Source: a virus. Taken from it: a stretch of DNA of 64,000 nt. Made by a program: the position numbers and the translations under genes. The stretch lies in UHGV virus genome UHGV-0039337; one strand, 5' to 3'. The notes beneath the pieces were generated by a model, which searched no databases, had not been told where the DNA came from, and was given only the letters and a program-made list of their open reading frames with translations. Positions 19,243-29,784 of the stretch are shown here, piece after piece; within the stretch, counting starts at the first letter, position 1, and the number at the start of each line of letters is the position of its first letter.

Positions 19243-19561
19243 TATTCTCTTCTTCCTTTTTTTGTTTTTTAACTATTTCTTCGGCTACTTTATTTATTGT
19301 ATTGGCTACTATTTCATTATCTATTACACACATTAATATTATTGCTAAGGAAAACATTAAATTAAATACTGGCATAAATAAGCATGCAGCTATTGATATT
19401 ATAATATCTTTTTTTGAGCTTTGTTTAATTTGTAATATAGTAAAAATATCTAATTTATCTAATAGTGATTTTACTTTAAAAACATATAAAGCCATACACA
19501 CTATAGATAACATTATTGAAAGTGTATAAAAATTTAATAAAAAAGTTATAATTGTCTGCAT
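19235..19561 (-). CDS. small membrane protein (108 aa)
   Basis: Two hydrophobic segments. Confidence 0.5.
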   Translation of the reverse strand: MQTIITFLLNFYTLSIMLSIVCMALYVFKVKSLLDKLDIFTILQIKQSSKKDIIISIAACLFMPVFNLMFSLAIILMCVIDNEIVANTINKVAEEIVKKQKKEEENNE

Positions 19562-19595
19562 AAAAATTACTCCTTTATAATTTTGTATTAAAATA

Positions 19596-19613
19596 GGGAG
19601 TCCGTAGACTCCC
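19596..19613 (-). terminator. hairpin GGGAGTC-CGTA-GACTCCC flanked by T-rich sequence on both strands
   Basis: 7-bp GC-rich stem at the low-coordinate end of the 19.6-20.0 kb non-coding island. Confidence 0.4.
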
Positions 19614-20045
19614 TTTATATTAACAGATAGCTTTTCATTAAGTTATATCTTCAAACAATTTATAATAAATAGAATAAATCTATCAATTGTTCTGTTTTTA
19701 ATTAGTTTTCAACTAATAATCCAATATTATATGGCGCTGATCGTTTCGTATTTCGTGTTTTTGTATTATAGAATTATCGTACTATAGAATTAATGTAAGT
19801 AAGAGTGTCGGTTAGCGCTTCGCTTACTGCTTATCGTATGTGGTAGCCATACAGGCTCTTTGATTTATTATATATATGTAAACTTACATATTCATAATCA
19901 TCCATACCTAGGACAAAGGCAGTATTGTTTTATATATTATAGCGTATAATTTAATACATCTATATAATATAAATTTGTAGTTATACTTCACTACGAGAAG
20001 CGTTTGACAGATATAATTAATGAAAAGCTAATACTGGCTAATATG

Positions 20046-20654
20046 CTATTCTAATTCTAACATGTCTTCTAATGTATCAGATATGTTCCATTTAGGTGTA
20101 AATATTACTTCTTTATTTATTTGGGTTTTATCTATTAATGTACTCATTTCTTCGCATTCGTTCTTTATTGCTTTATATATACGTTTTATTTTATTTCTAT
20201 CATAGTTTATTGTAGTTACTTCTTTAACTGTATAGTAAAAAGGTACTTGATTTCCTTCATTGTTTATCATGTATGCTGTTTCTCGTTTTTCTTTTTCTTT
20301 TGCTTTAAGATCTATTAATCTTTTTAATATTACAGCTTGTTTCTGTTTTGCTTTATTCATACTAATAGCATGATCTATGTTTATTTCTGCTTTATTTTTT
20401 GCCTCATATATTGCTTTGCTCAATTCAGCTTTTTCTTGCATTACTTTATCCATAAAATCTATAAGTTCTATTGCTGTATATTCTAAGTCAGGTTTTATTT
20501 CTTTTTCTTCATCAGTGAAAACAGGATTAACTGCTGCTTTTAAATGTGTTTCTTTAATAGTTACTACGTTTTTTGTATCACGTAATATCCATTCTATTTG
20601 TTCCAATTTTTCATCTAGAAAATTCATGTATTGAAAACTTTCTCTTAGATTCAT
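20046..20654 (-). CDS. hypothetical protein (202 aa)
   Basis: ORF in array. Confidence 0.5.
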   Translation of the reverse strand: MNLRESFQYMNFLDEKLEQIEWILRDTKNVVTIKETHLKAAVNPVFTDEEKEIKPDLEYTAIELIDFMDKVMQEKAELSKAIYEAKNKAEINIDHAISMNKAKQKQAVILKRLIDLKAKEKEKRETAYMINNEGNQVPFYYTVKEVTTINYDRNKIKRIYKAIKNECEEMSTLIDKTQINKEVIFTPKWNISDTLEDMLELE

Positions 20655-20726
20655 TACACATCACTCCTTAGCATTTATATTATATATCTATTATCTTACA
20701 TAATTGCATATCATTAATAGCAATTC

Positions 20727-20927
20727 TTATTTTCTTATTATTTTTACTTTTCTTGATAATATCTCATATTCTTTTCCGTTAATAGTAACTATGTCATGTT
20801 TATTGTAAACTAACATATGTTTACGTATTAAACGTTTTTTATTAAATTCTTCTATTTCACATGCTATTACCGATATAATTATAATTAATAATGTTAGTGC
20901 ACCTATTATAGCACAAAAATTATACAA
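20727..20927 (-). CDS. small membrane protein (66 aa)
   Basis: N-terminal TM helix. Confidence 0.45.
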   Translation of the reverse strand: MYNFCAIIGALTLLIIIISVIACEIEEFNKKRLIRKHMLVYNKHDIVTINGKEYEILSRKVKIIRK

Positions 20928-20947
20928 TATTTAAAGCACCTCCATAT

Positions 20948-21238
20948 CTAAATTTCTTTAAATTCTATTTTGTCTCCATCAATGAATTCTACACTATAAT
21001 GTTTAGTATTAGACGATTGAGTTCTTTCTTGTACTACTTTATATATTATATCATATTCTTTTCTTTCTATATCATCTAATAGTTTTTTAAACTCTTTATA
21101 CATTATGTTATTTAAATTTATATTGTCTAAATTTAATGGACATCTTGCTTCCAATTCATCCAAATTATTACAATCATATCTTTCATATAAATATTCTAAT
21201 ATACTCATAAAAACACTCTCCTTATAAAAATACATCAT
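20948..21238 (-). CDS. hypothetical protein (96 aa)
   Basis: ORF in array. Confidence 0.45.
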   Translation of the reverse strand: MMYFYKESVFMSILEYLYERYDCNNLDELEARCPLNLDNINLNNIMYKEFKKLLDDIERKEYDIIYKVVQERTQSSNTKHYSVEFIDGDKIEFKEI

Positions 21239-21755
21239 AATTATAATATAATTCTTCTATTCCATTTATATAGAACTTTATAGTATTGAAATCTATAGGT
21301 GTAAAATTATGACAATCAGCACCTACATTTAGTCCATATTTCTTTACCATACATAACTTATGTATGTGTCCAAATAAGTTTATAATGTTACTTTCTGTTA
21401 GATGTCTTTTATCTTTTATTTTGTGAGGTTCATGCTGCATAGTTACAATATTATTATTATATTTAATAGAATATGAGCCTCTATGCACTTCGTTGAATCC
21501 ATAAGCTAATAATTCTTCATCTGTTAATCTATCTTCATAATTGCCACATATTAATATTATTTTGCCATTTAAATGTTTACGTAAATTGTAATCTCCAAAA
21601 TCACCTAAATGGAATACAATATCATCTGGCTTTACTGTTTCGTTCCATTTATTAATCATGTCTTTTGTCATTTCTTCTACTGAATTGTAAGGTCTTTTAG
21701 ATAATACTCTCGTACGTTCTTGCCCGAAAGTGAGTATCTGATATAAAAAAGACAC
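21222..21755 (-). CDS. calcineurin-like metallophosphoesterase
   Basis: VFHLGDFGDY, ICGNYED and GHIHK metal-binding motifs. Confidence 0.7.
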   Translation of the reverse strand: MSFLYQILTFGQERTRVLSKRPYNSVEEMTKDMINKWNETVKPDDIVFHLGDFGDYNLRKHLNGKIILICGNYEDRLTDEELLAYGFNEVHRGSYSIKYNNNIVTMQHEPHKIKDKRHLTESNIINLFGHIHKLCMVKKYGLNVGADCHNFTPIDFNTIKFYINGIEELYYNYDVFL

Positions 21756-21763
21756 TCATAGCA

Positions 21764-22429
21764 TCACTCTCCTATAAATTTTATAGAATTATTGTTTACT
21801 AACATACCTTCACTATCTGATAGGGCTACTAACATTATATCTTTATTACTTATAGACATTTCTTCAACTATTTCATCTGTAATACGCTGAAATACTTCAT
21901 GATGTTTGTCATAATCATCATGATAATGTACTATAAGTCTTAAGTTTTTTATTAGTCCTAATCCATTATATATTTCGTAATAGTCATAATCTTTATCTAT
22001 ATATGGTGTTACGTTATATTGATCTAATTGAATTAAAGCTCCGGCAGATACTCCTATTATATGCTTATCATATATCTTTAGTAAGTTCCATACTTCAAAT
22101 TGTTTAAGTATATATTCTAATACTGACATATGTCCACCTGCTAAAAATATTATATCACAATTATGTAGCCTGCTTTTAATAGTATCTTTATCATCTTGAG
22201 GTTTTACTATATAGAAATGATCTTCTGTTATGCTTAAATCTTTAAATGGTTCATATTGTTCTTTATAATATCTACCACCTTGAGATAATTCTTTAGTATT
22301 TTCTATTTGCCACTCATAATCAGAACCACTAAAGCATAATACTTTAGAATTTGAAGTCATTATCTTTTGCATTTCTTTCTTTGCTATTAAATTAAAGTTA
22401 TTGTTTGAAAAGAGGTATAACAATTTCAT
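21764..22429 (-). CDS. S51 peptidase-like / class I glutamine amidotransferase-like protein (dipeptidase E/cyanophycinase fold)
   Basis: IGVSAGALI (GxSAG nucleophile elbow) preceded by FLAGGHM. Confidence 0.4.
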   Translation of the reverse strand: MKLLYLFSNNNFNLIAKKEMQKIMTSNSKVLCFSGSDYEWQIENTKELSQGGRYYKEQYEPFKDLSITEDHFYIVKPQDDKDTIKSRLHNCDIIFLAGGHMSVLEYILKQFEVWNLLKIYDKHIIGVSAGALIQLDQYNVTPYIDKDYDYYEIYNGLGLIKNLRLIVHYHDDYDKHHEVFQRITDEIVEEMSISNKDIMLVALSDSEGMLVNNNSIKFIGE

Positions 22430-22618
22430 TTTTCTCCTTTAAATATATCAGTAATTCTATCCAATGTAATACCAATAGTCATACATATGGCTATTATATT
22501 TAATTGTGTACTATCATTGAATTGCATAACAAACTTAGTATTAAATAATAGATAGAAACTAATTAATAGTATAATAGTTTGCTTAATAAGCTTTTTTATT
22601 TTGTCAATATTTCACTTC

Positions 22619-22960
22619 CTATTCTTTATCTTTCTTTTTTATTATATCTTTTTGCTTACGATATTTACATAAATTTAAATATTCTTGTATTTCTTCTCTT
22701 GTTTGTATTTCATCTGGAAATCTAAAGTCTGGATCATGTCTACGTTTGTTTCTTGTACTTAAGCATCTATAACATTCATTGCTTAAACCATCATAACGAT
22801 CTTTCTTTTTATTGAATTCTGTTAATTCTTTATATTCTCTACATCTACTACATTTCTTTTTTTCTATTCCGTCTTCAAATATATGATTTATTCTTTTTTT
22901 TGCCATGTTAACATCACTCCTTGTAATATTATTACCAAGTGATGTCTTATAAAATATCAT
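22619..22960 (-). CDS. zinc-finger hypothetical protein (113 aa)
   Basis: CSRC...CYRC Cys pairs; basic. Confidence 0.45.
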   Translation of the reverse strand: MIFYKTSLGNNITRSDVNMAKKRINHIFEDGIEKKKCSRCREYKELTEFNKKKDRYDGLSNECYRCLSTRNKRRHDPDFRFPDEIQTREEIQEYLNLCKYRKQKDIIKKKDKE

Positions 22961-23079
22961 TTAAAATTTTAAGAATTAAACATGCTAATACAAATAAGCC
23001 TATAAAAAAATACATATCTTCATCTCCTTTCTTTTATAAGGTATATATTATATTCAAATATTTAATGGGAGTGATATTA

Positions 23080-23754
23080 ATGAATGTTACAACGAAAACA
23101 CATGCACTATATGGTAATGTAAGATTTATAAAAGATTATGATGGTATATATAAACCAATAGCTGGTGATATATTAAATATTACAGGCAATAATACAATTG
23201 AAAAATATAATAATGAATCATTACTTGAAAAACGTGAATTACATAGACTAATGGAATCTAGTACTGATAATATAGATTTATTTAAAGAATGGGTAAATAA
23301 TAACTATAATAGATTAAATAATATTAGTAATAACAGAGCTTTAATATTTAAAAATGAATCTGAAATATTAAATACAATAACTCTTGATGATTTTGTTGCA
23401 ATAGATATACATCCTTTTAGTTGTAATCAAATGTATTGTGCTAATAGAAATAAGATAGAAAGAACTAATCAGTACGATAATTGGTGGCGTAATTTTCCTG
23501 TTGAGAATCTTATAAAGTTTAAGGATATAAATTTTAATAAGCCAGTATTTGTTTGGTACTATTTCTTGCATCTTAAAAGTTATGATACAGAGAATCTATT
23601 AAAACCTACCAGTGATAGATTATGTGATTTCTTAGCTACTGATGATAAATACTTTAAACATTTTAGAATTGATGGCGAATATGTTAATAAATATAACGAA
23701 GGAAAGATATACATATTTATATGCAATATAGAAGAAGCAGGACCATTTAATTAA
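23080..23754 (+). CDS. hypothetical protein, C-terminal region RusA-like (possible Holliday-junction resolvase); only plus-strand gene in window
   Basis: Start at ATG 23080 after GGGAG RBS (the track ORF begins earlier at 22939). YDTENLLKPTSDRLCDFLATDDKYF resembles the RusA motif D.DNLLK..LDAL....DD. Confidence 0.45.
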   Translation: MNVTTKTHALYGNVRFIKDYDGIYKPIAGDILNITGNNTIEKYNNESLLEKRELHRLMESSTDNIDLFKEWVNNNYNRLNNISNNRALIFKNESEILNTITLDDFVAIDIHPFSCNQMYCANRNKIERTNQYDNWWRNFPVENLIKFKDINFNKPVFVWYYFLHLKSYDTENLLKPTSDRLCDFLATDDKYFKHFRIDGEYVNKYNEGKIYIFICNIEEAGPFN

Positions 23755-23770
23755 TGGCCTGCTTTTATTA
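23737..23770 (+). terminator. rho-independent terminator GCAGGACC-loop-GGCCTGC plus TTTTATT (overlaps the stop codon)
   Basis: 8-bp stem followed by a T-run on plus; sits between convergent genes. Confidence 0.6.
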
Positions 23771-24460
23771 TGCATTAAATATTATTTCTATACGTTGTTT
23801 ATATCCTAATTCTCTTAATAATTCAGTTATAGCTGTTTTAGTTCTTGATTTCAATATATTACTTTTATTCTTTAGGTTGTAATATTCTTTTATATATTCT
23901 AGTCCTTTCTTATCAAAAGTATCTTCCCATTGTCTTGTTGTTGTTTCTGCATCATTTTTATTTGACATTATATTAGCTGTACATTCATCGTCTAGTCTAT
24001 AGAATGTATTGCTTACTCTATGACAACTTTCTTTATCAAGTCTTGGCTTGTCTATTGATATTTTAAGTTTATCTTTATTTGCTTCTATTATTTCATAAGA
24101 TGATAAATTTACAACATAAGAATAATAAAAGTCTGCAGTACCTGTTAATTGATAACGTGATTTAAGTCCTAGTATACTATCACGTTCATAATGATATGAA
24201 TGTTTAATATTTATTGTACTATTAAGTATTTCGTATTTCTTTTCATTGTTAAATTTTTCTTTTATTGTTGATGTATCTATTGTCGTTTCGGTATAATTCT
24301 GTCGTTGTTCTGTTGCTTGTGTTTGTATATATAAGTCTCTTTTAAGATTGTTGATTTTATTATGTTGTCCTATAAAAATAGAAGTAAGTAAAATACTTAC
24401 TCCTAATAGTATACCTATTACTATTTTACGTGCTTTACTACTTATTCGTTGATTAAGCAT
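23768..24460 (-). CDS. membrane-anchored hypothetical protein (230 aa)
   Basis: N-terminal TM segment IVIGILLGVSILLTSIFIG. Confidence 0.5.
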   Translation of the reverse strand: MLNQRISSKARKIVIGILLGVSILLTSIFIGQHNKINNLKRDLYIQTQATEQRQNYTETTIDTSTIKEKFNNEKKYEILNSTINIKHSYHYERDSILGLKSRYQLTGTADFYYSYVVNLSSYEIIEANKDKLKISIDKPRLDKESCHRVSNTFYRLDDECTANIMSNKNDAETTTRQWEDTFDKKGLEYIKEYYNLKNKSNILKSRTKTAITELLRELGYKQRIEIIFNA

Positions 24461-25192
24461 CTAATCACCTTCCTTAAGAATTTTATATATTTCGTCAGCT
24501 AATGCTTTACTTACTGACTTTATAACATTTCTACTTGTTATAGCTTGTAAATCTCCGTCTATATCAGAGAAAAAGCCGAGTTCAGCAAGCACGGCTATAG
24601 TATCTGTACCTTTGAATTCATTTAATTCTCCGATATATGCTTTATTATTTCTTAAGTTAGGTGCGTTACTTCTTTGTCTTACTGGTGTTACATCTTTAAT
24701 AGAATTTGATAATCTTTTAGCTATATTCATACTGACTGCATCACTATTATTGTACATAAATAAATATCCGTTAGCTCCTGGACAATAGTTATGATGTATT
24801 GATAAATATATCTTAGGATTTTTAGCTTTTGCTATACGACCAGCAGCATTTAAATCCTGTGCTTTAGATGTAGCAATTTGTAAATCAGCATCTATTCCTT
24901 TTTCTTTAAGATTTTTATAAACTTCCTTAGCTATTGCCATATTAATGTCCCATTCATGAATGTAATAGCCAGTTTTATCTTTTCTGATTCTTAAATTAGT
25001 ATTTATACAATCTCTCTCATTTAAGTATATTCTTTTACCAGGTTTAACAACTTCATTATATGGAGTTCCCCATTCTCCAGCTCTTATTACTACATCTGTG
25101 TCTGCAAATGAAGTTATAGGATTCAATAACATAGTTGCTATTAATAAACCATACAAAACTTTTCTAAACTTTTTGATTAATATTCCTAACAT
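24461..25192 (-). CDS. N-acetylmuramoyl-L-alanine amidase (Amidase_3/CwlC type) with N-terminal signal peptide
   Basis: KNPKIYLSIHHN (Amidase_3 LxSIHAN motif), AELGFFSDIDGDL. Signal peptide MLGILIKKFRKVLYGLLIATMLLNPITSFA. Confidence 0.7.
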   Translation of the reverse strand: MLGILIKKFRKVLYGLLIATMLLNPITSFADTDVVIRAGEWGTPYNEVVKPGKRIYLNERDCINTNLRIRKDKTGYYIHEWDINMAIAKEVYKNLKEKGIDADLQIATSKAQDLNAAGRIAKAKNPKIYLSIHHNYCPGANGYLFMYNNSDAVSMNIAKRLSNSIKDVTPVRQRSNAPNLRNNKAYIGELNEFKGTDTIAVLAELGFFSDIDGDLQAITSRNVIKSVSKALADEIYKILKEGD

Positions 25193-25285
25193 AAAATAAT
25201 TCCCCCGAATTATTAACTCTCTTTATATTATTATCTTTAGTTTATTAAACATATTTAAGAGTAATTTACCATATTACTCTTATGC

Positions 25286-25561
25286 TTAGTCTTTAGTTTT
25301 ATAATTTTTAATAAATGATTCTTTATCAATACGCTTAATATCGTATGATGAATATTTTTTATTTTTTTGTGTGCGTTCTGCTATTATTAATACTATCATT
25401 CCAATAAATCCAGTTATACTTGCTATTAGTATACATAGAAGCATAACTAGTATTTCTGAATATTGTGTTAATCCATATAAACAATGATACCAAAAGGAAC
25501 TATTAATACTAATTATAATAGTTCCTATGGTGGTTCCTATTAGAAAGCCGTAGTACTTCAT
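25286..25561 (-). CDS. small two-TM membrane protein (possible holin)
   Basis: Two hydrophobic helices plus charged C-terminus, directly upstream of the amidase. Confidence 0.4.
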   Translation of the reverse strand: MKYYGFLIGTTIGTIIISINSSFWYHCLYGLTQYSEILVMLLCILIASITGFIGMIVLIIAERTQKNKKYSSYDIKRIDKESFIKNYKTKD

Positions 25562-25848
25562 ATTTCTTTATTCTCTATTTTCTTTGATCCTATGAAGTTG
25601 CAAAGATTAACATCGAGTTTTTCTTGGAACTTATTTAGTATTTCTTTTGGATCTATGCTGTCACTAAATACATAACCATTAATTAAAAACACATTAAAGG
25701 TTTTATCTACAGCTACTTCTCCTATAAAATACAGATCTTCTTTTTGTATGAAATCAAAAAATAGATTGCCTACATTATCTTCATTTGATATATGACCATT
25801 TAATACTAGTACATCTCTTCTCATTTTATTCCTCCTTAAATTTTGCAT
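25558..25848 (-). CDS. hypothetical protein (96 aa)
   Basis: ORF in array. Confidence 0.45.
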   Translation of the reverse strand: MQNLRRNKMRRDVLVLNGHISNEDNVGNLFFDFIQKEDLYFIGEVAVDKTFNVFLINGYVFSDSIDPKEILNKFQEKLDVNLCNFIGSKKIENKEI

Positions 25849-26719
25849 AATAATTCATTATATAATCTATAGCAAATACTATTTTACAATCTTTACATGG
25901 TGTTTTACCGTCGATAAGACCTCTGTTATAATCTTTATATTTACACTCTTCACGATCATGTTGTTTTAATTTACTAGGGCAATAATGATTTAGGCAATAT
26001 CCTTCATATTCTTTTAATGCTTTTTCATATGTGTTTTTCATTAATTCCTCCTTATGCTCATTTCTTTTTAACCAATTATTAAATTCACATTCTTTACAGA
26101 AATAATCAAAATCTTTATCTATTTCTTCTTCATGGTCTTCTACATATTCCATTGCATCTAATAATGCATCTTCGTCATCTAATAACCAATCTATAAATAA
26201 TTCTTTTTCTATTACTATTATATCTGTATTTGTATCTGATTTACTTTTAAAATATTCTATTGTATCACTATACTCTGCTGAATAACGACACATTATATCA
26301 CCAGGTTGATCATTATCTACTATTGATATAGCACATTCTAGGACATTGTTATAGTGTTCTTCATCTGTTATAAATATATCTTTATATGTCTCATAAAAAT
26401 GTCTAGTTATAAGTATAATATTTGGAACTAATAGAGTATCTAATTCAAAATTTATAACTGCTTCTATTAATACAGCATAAGGATATGTTTCTTTGCTACG
26501 TTCTAAATATAAATTTGTATCACCTAAGTCTGCTTCTTTTATTTCTACGCCATCTATTTCATCTGCAAATTCATCTGATTTACTGAATTCTTCATAATGA
26601 TATTCGTTTAATAGAATATTTTTAGGTTCTTCGTTCGTTAGTTTTTTCATTAAATCTATAGCACGTCTTATTATTTCAGTATAATATTCATCCATATAAA
26701 TCATCTCCTTAATAGACAA
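25826..26719 (-). CDS. hypothetical protein (297 aa), Cys-rich C-terminus
   Basis: ORF in array. Confidence 0.5.
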   Translation of the reverse strand: MSIKEMIYMDEYYTEIIRRAIDLMKKLTNEEPKNILLNEYHYEEFSKSDEFADEIDGVEIKEADLGDTNLYLERSKETYPYAVLIEAVINFELDTLLVPNIILITRHFYETYKDIFITDEEHYNNVLECAISIVDNDQPGDIMCRYSAEYSDTIEYFKSKSDTNTDIIVIEKELFIDWLLDDEDALLDAMEYVEDHEEEIDKDFDYFCKECEFNNWLKRNEHKEELMKNTYEKALKEYEGYCLNHYCPSKLKQHDREECKYKDYNRGLIDGKTPCKDCKIVFAIDYIMNYYAKFKEE

Positions 26720-26738
26720 AATAATAGAGTAAGTATTT

Positions 26739-26933
26739 CTACTTACTCTCTATTAAAGCATATAGTTTTTTATAATCAGCTTGCAAATCTTCTGCTTTTA
26801 AATAATCAAAACCATATCTTACAGAACCTATATTAAGTATAAGTTTATTATTATTTAGGTCTATTGCTGATGGATTAATTAATGGAATTTTATCTGTATT
26901 AATTGCTGTACCATTAACATCGTTTAGTTTCAT
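26739..26933 (-). CDS. hypothetical protein (64 aa)
   Basis: ORF. Confidence 0.4.
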   Translation of the reverse strand: MKLNDVNGTAINTDKIPLINPSAIDLNNNKLILNIGSVRYGFDYLKAEDLQADYKKLYALIESK

Positions 26934-27005
26934 TATGGTATCCTCCTTATATATTATTTTATTCAGTTATAATAACTTCATCTTCTTTCAAGCATTGATC
27001 TGTTT

Positions 27006-27500
<495 letters not shown>

Positions 27501-27503
27501 CTT

Positions 27504-28061
27504 TTAGAATAAGTCTACATCAAAGTCATTGTCTTTATCGTTATTATCAATAACATCATCTTCTAACATATTACTTATATCTATTTCGTATAATTCTTTC
27601 ATAGATTCTTTAAATATTTCTATAGTAGATTCTACAAAATTTATTCCACTAGCTTTACTTAATTCTTTAACTAAATTAACGTCATTGTCGTCACTAGTTT
27701 CTATTTCTTCTAATACTTTTTTAAATTCACATACAATGGAATATACTGCTTCTTCTTTTGTTTCATTATTTAAAAATATGTTATCTTCATTTTTTTCCAT
27801 CATAAGATCTAATGTTTCATTTATCTTTTCGTCTTTTGATACATTTTCTATAATATCTACCATTTCAATATAAGCTTCTTCTGTTGATCCTGGCATTGCT
27901 GCAGCAAATAAACCAACTTCTCCAGATACAGCTTCTAATAATTCATCTAAACGATTTATATTTTCTATTGTACTTTCTCCTTCATTTTCTTTATTATTAG
28001 GCGTTGCTATAAAAGAAAATAAGTCTATATCAGCTTCATATATAATATTAATCATAATCAT
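27504..28061 (-). CDS. acidic hypothetical protein (185 aa)
   Basis: ORF. Confidence 0.5.
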   Translation of the reverse strand: MIMINIIYEADIDLFSFIATPNNKENEGESTIENINRLDELLEAVSGEVGLFAAAMPGSTEEAYIEMVDIIENVSKDEKINETLDLMMEKNEDNIFLNNETKEEAVYSIVCEFKKVLEEIETSDDNDVNLVKELSKASGINFVESTIEIFKESMKELYEIDISNMLEDDVIDNNDKDNDFDVDLF

Positions 28062-28071
28062 TTCTCCTTTC

Positions 28072-28341
28072 TTATAACAAAGTATCTTCCTCTTCTTCTC
28101 TTAATCTTGCAATAGAGCTGTCCATGATTTCTTCATTCTTTAATGCATTTATAAACGTTTTAGTTAATTCCTCGTATGACACTTCAAATTTTTTTGACAT
28201 AGCCTTTAAAGATAACAGTGTAGTTATAATGAAATCTTGTGGATTATAAGCTTGTATTTCTATTTTTGAATATTCTGTTCCTTTTTCTGATGGTTCAACA
28301 TTAATTTTCACATATCTTCTATCTGCTTTTTCCTTTTCCAT
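28072..28341 (-). CDS. hypothetical protein (89 aa)
   Basis: ORF. Confidence 0.45.
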   Translation of the reverse strand: MEKEKADRRYVKINVEPSEKGTEYSKIEIQAYNPQDFIITTLLSLKAMSKKFEVSYEELTKTFINALKNEEIMDSSIARLREEEEDTLL

Positions 28342-28354
28342 AATATTATCTCCT

Positions 28355-28603
28355 TTACATTCTATCTAATACTCTTATTAAAGTATCTCTTTGTTCACAT
28401 ACTTTGTCATATTCTTTTAATAATAAGTCATATCTATCTCTTATTGATTCTAACGCTTCACATTGTTGTCTCAATTCATCTACTTCTCTCATAAGATCTG
28501 TTTTTTCTTGTGCATGCTCTTTTAGTAATAAATCATATTCATTAGCTGTTAAATCCTCTCTTTTTGATAATTTGTCATAAGCTTTTTGTAATTTATCTTC
28601 CAT
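28355..28603 (-). CDS. coiled-coil hypothetical protein (82 aa)
   Basis: ORF. Confidence 0.45.
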   Translation of the reverse strand: MEDKLQKAYDKLSKREDLTANEYDLLLKEHAQEKTDLMREVDELRQQCEALESIRDRYDLLLKEYDKVCEQRDTLIRVLDRM

Positions 28604-28957
28604 TTATTCCAACTCCTTTAATAATTCAATATTTGCGTATAATATAATTGGCGAAAAAGGCTTATTGCTTACAGCCATTATTTTTACTTCTTGACCATTA
28701 TATTTATTTATAATAATTGAGTTTTTATCTGTGCTAATTACAGTTCCAGAGAGTATTTTGTGTATACTTAACTCTAACGATGATACTAAATACGTAGTAT
28801 ATTTACTGTTTATAGTATTGATTTTCTTTTTTAATAAACTTTCTTTATTTCCTATAACATCTATTGAATCTAACGTATTAAATAGACTGTTAATTGATAT
28901 AGGTATGTTATTTTCGCAATAATCTTTTATAAGATTCATAAAATCATCATATGTCAT
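28604..28957 (-). CDS. member of six-copy paralogous family (conserved N-terminus ..L...C....PI.INSLFNT)
   Basis: N-terminal MTYDDFMNLIKDYCENNIPISINSLFNTL aligns with 30592, 31170, 46199, 47319 and 48633. Confidence 0.55.
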   Translation of the reverse strand: MTYDDFMNLIKDYCENNIPISINSLFNTLDSIDVIGNKESLLKKKINTINSKYTTYLVSSLELSIHKILSGTVISTDKNSIIINKYNGQEVKIMAVSNKPFSPIILYANIELLKELE

Positions 28958-28973
28958 ATATTAACTCTCCTTT

Positions 28974-29213
28974 CTAAATTAAGTGATACAATAGTACTAA
29001 TGCTATTAATAATATTATCAGTACTATTGTTACTGATATATACTCGACTGTATATTCATCATCAATGAAATGTCTTAATATTTCCATTAATCCATAACAA
29101 ATAACTAATCCTAATATCACGCCTATGAAAATCCCTACTATAGAAAGTAATACTTCTATAAACATGTAAAACATTCCTCCTTTAAAAATATTATAAAGTA
29201 TGCTTACTGGCAT
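28974..29213 (-). CDS. small membrane protein (79 aa)
   Basis: Hydrophobic. Confidence 0.45.
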   Translation of the reverse strand: MPVSILYNIFKGGMFYMFIEVLLSIVGIFIGVILGLVICYGLMEILRHFIDDEYTVEYISVTIVLIILLIALVLLYHLI

Positions 29214-29784
29214 AATAGTGTTATCTTTTTTTATAACTTATATATAATATACATGAATAAATAAATAAGATTAGAAGTTAAGTAGTGGTTAGGTAAGTAC
29301 ACATTGCGTGTGTGTGGTCACTATAAAATATAACCAAGGGTCATGACCTTCAAATCCATGTAATTTAAATCTTAATTTCAAACTAGAGAAGCCGATACTC
29401 TAGTATAAATAAGATACGATAGGTGAACTGTAGCCAATGCTAAAAAATACAGTGGAAGTAATAATATATATGCCATAGCTACAGACATATATTACTTACC
29501 TCAACTGGGAGAGCTTGAGCAAGCTTAACCCTGATACGTTGTATCAAAAAACAAAAAATGCAAGGATGGATTGCCTGGTAGTTTGTTAACTACGCCTAGT
29601 GAAAAGTATTATGTTTGAATGTGTGGGCAGGATGCACATGAGTAATACTAGTAGCCACAATTGATGGAACCTATACTGGATTCAAATTGTTTCTCTATAT
29701 TTAATAGGGATATTATAGGCCTGTTTTAAGGCCTAACTATGTCTAAAACATAGCACTTTTACCCTACCTGGGCTTTAACTTTGT

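Noticed and set aside
21764-22429. Calling 21764-22429 a definite dipeptidase E
   Set aside because: Only the GxSAG elbow is recognisable; the His/Glu partners were not confidently located by eye. Kept as low-confidence S51-like or GATase-like.
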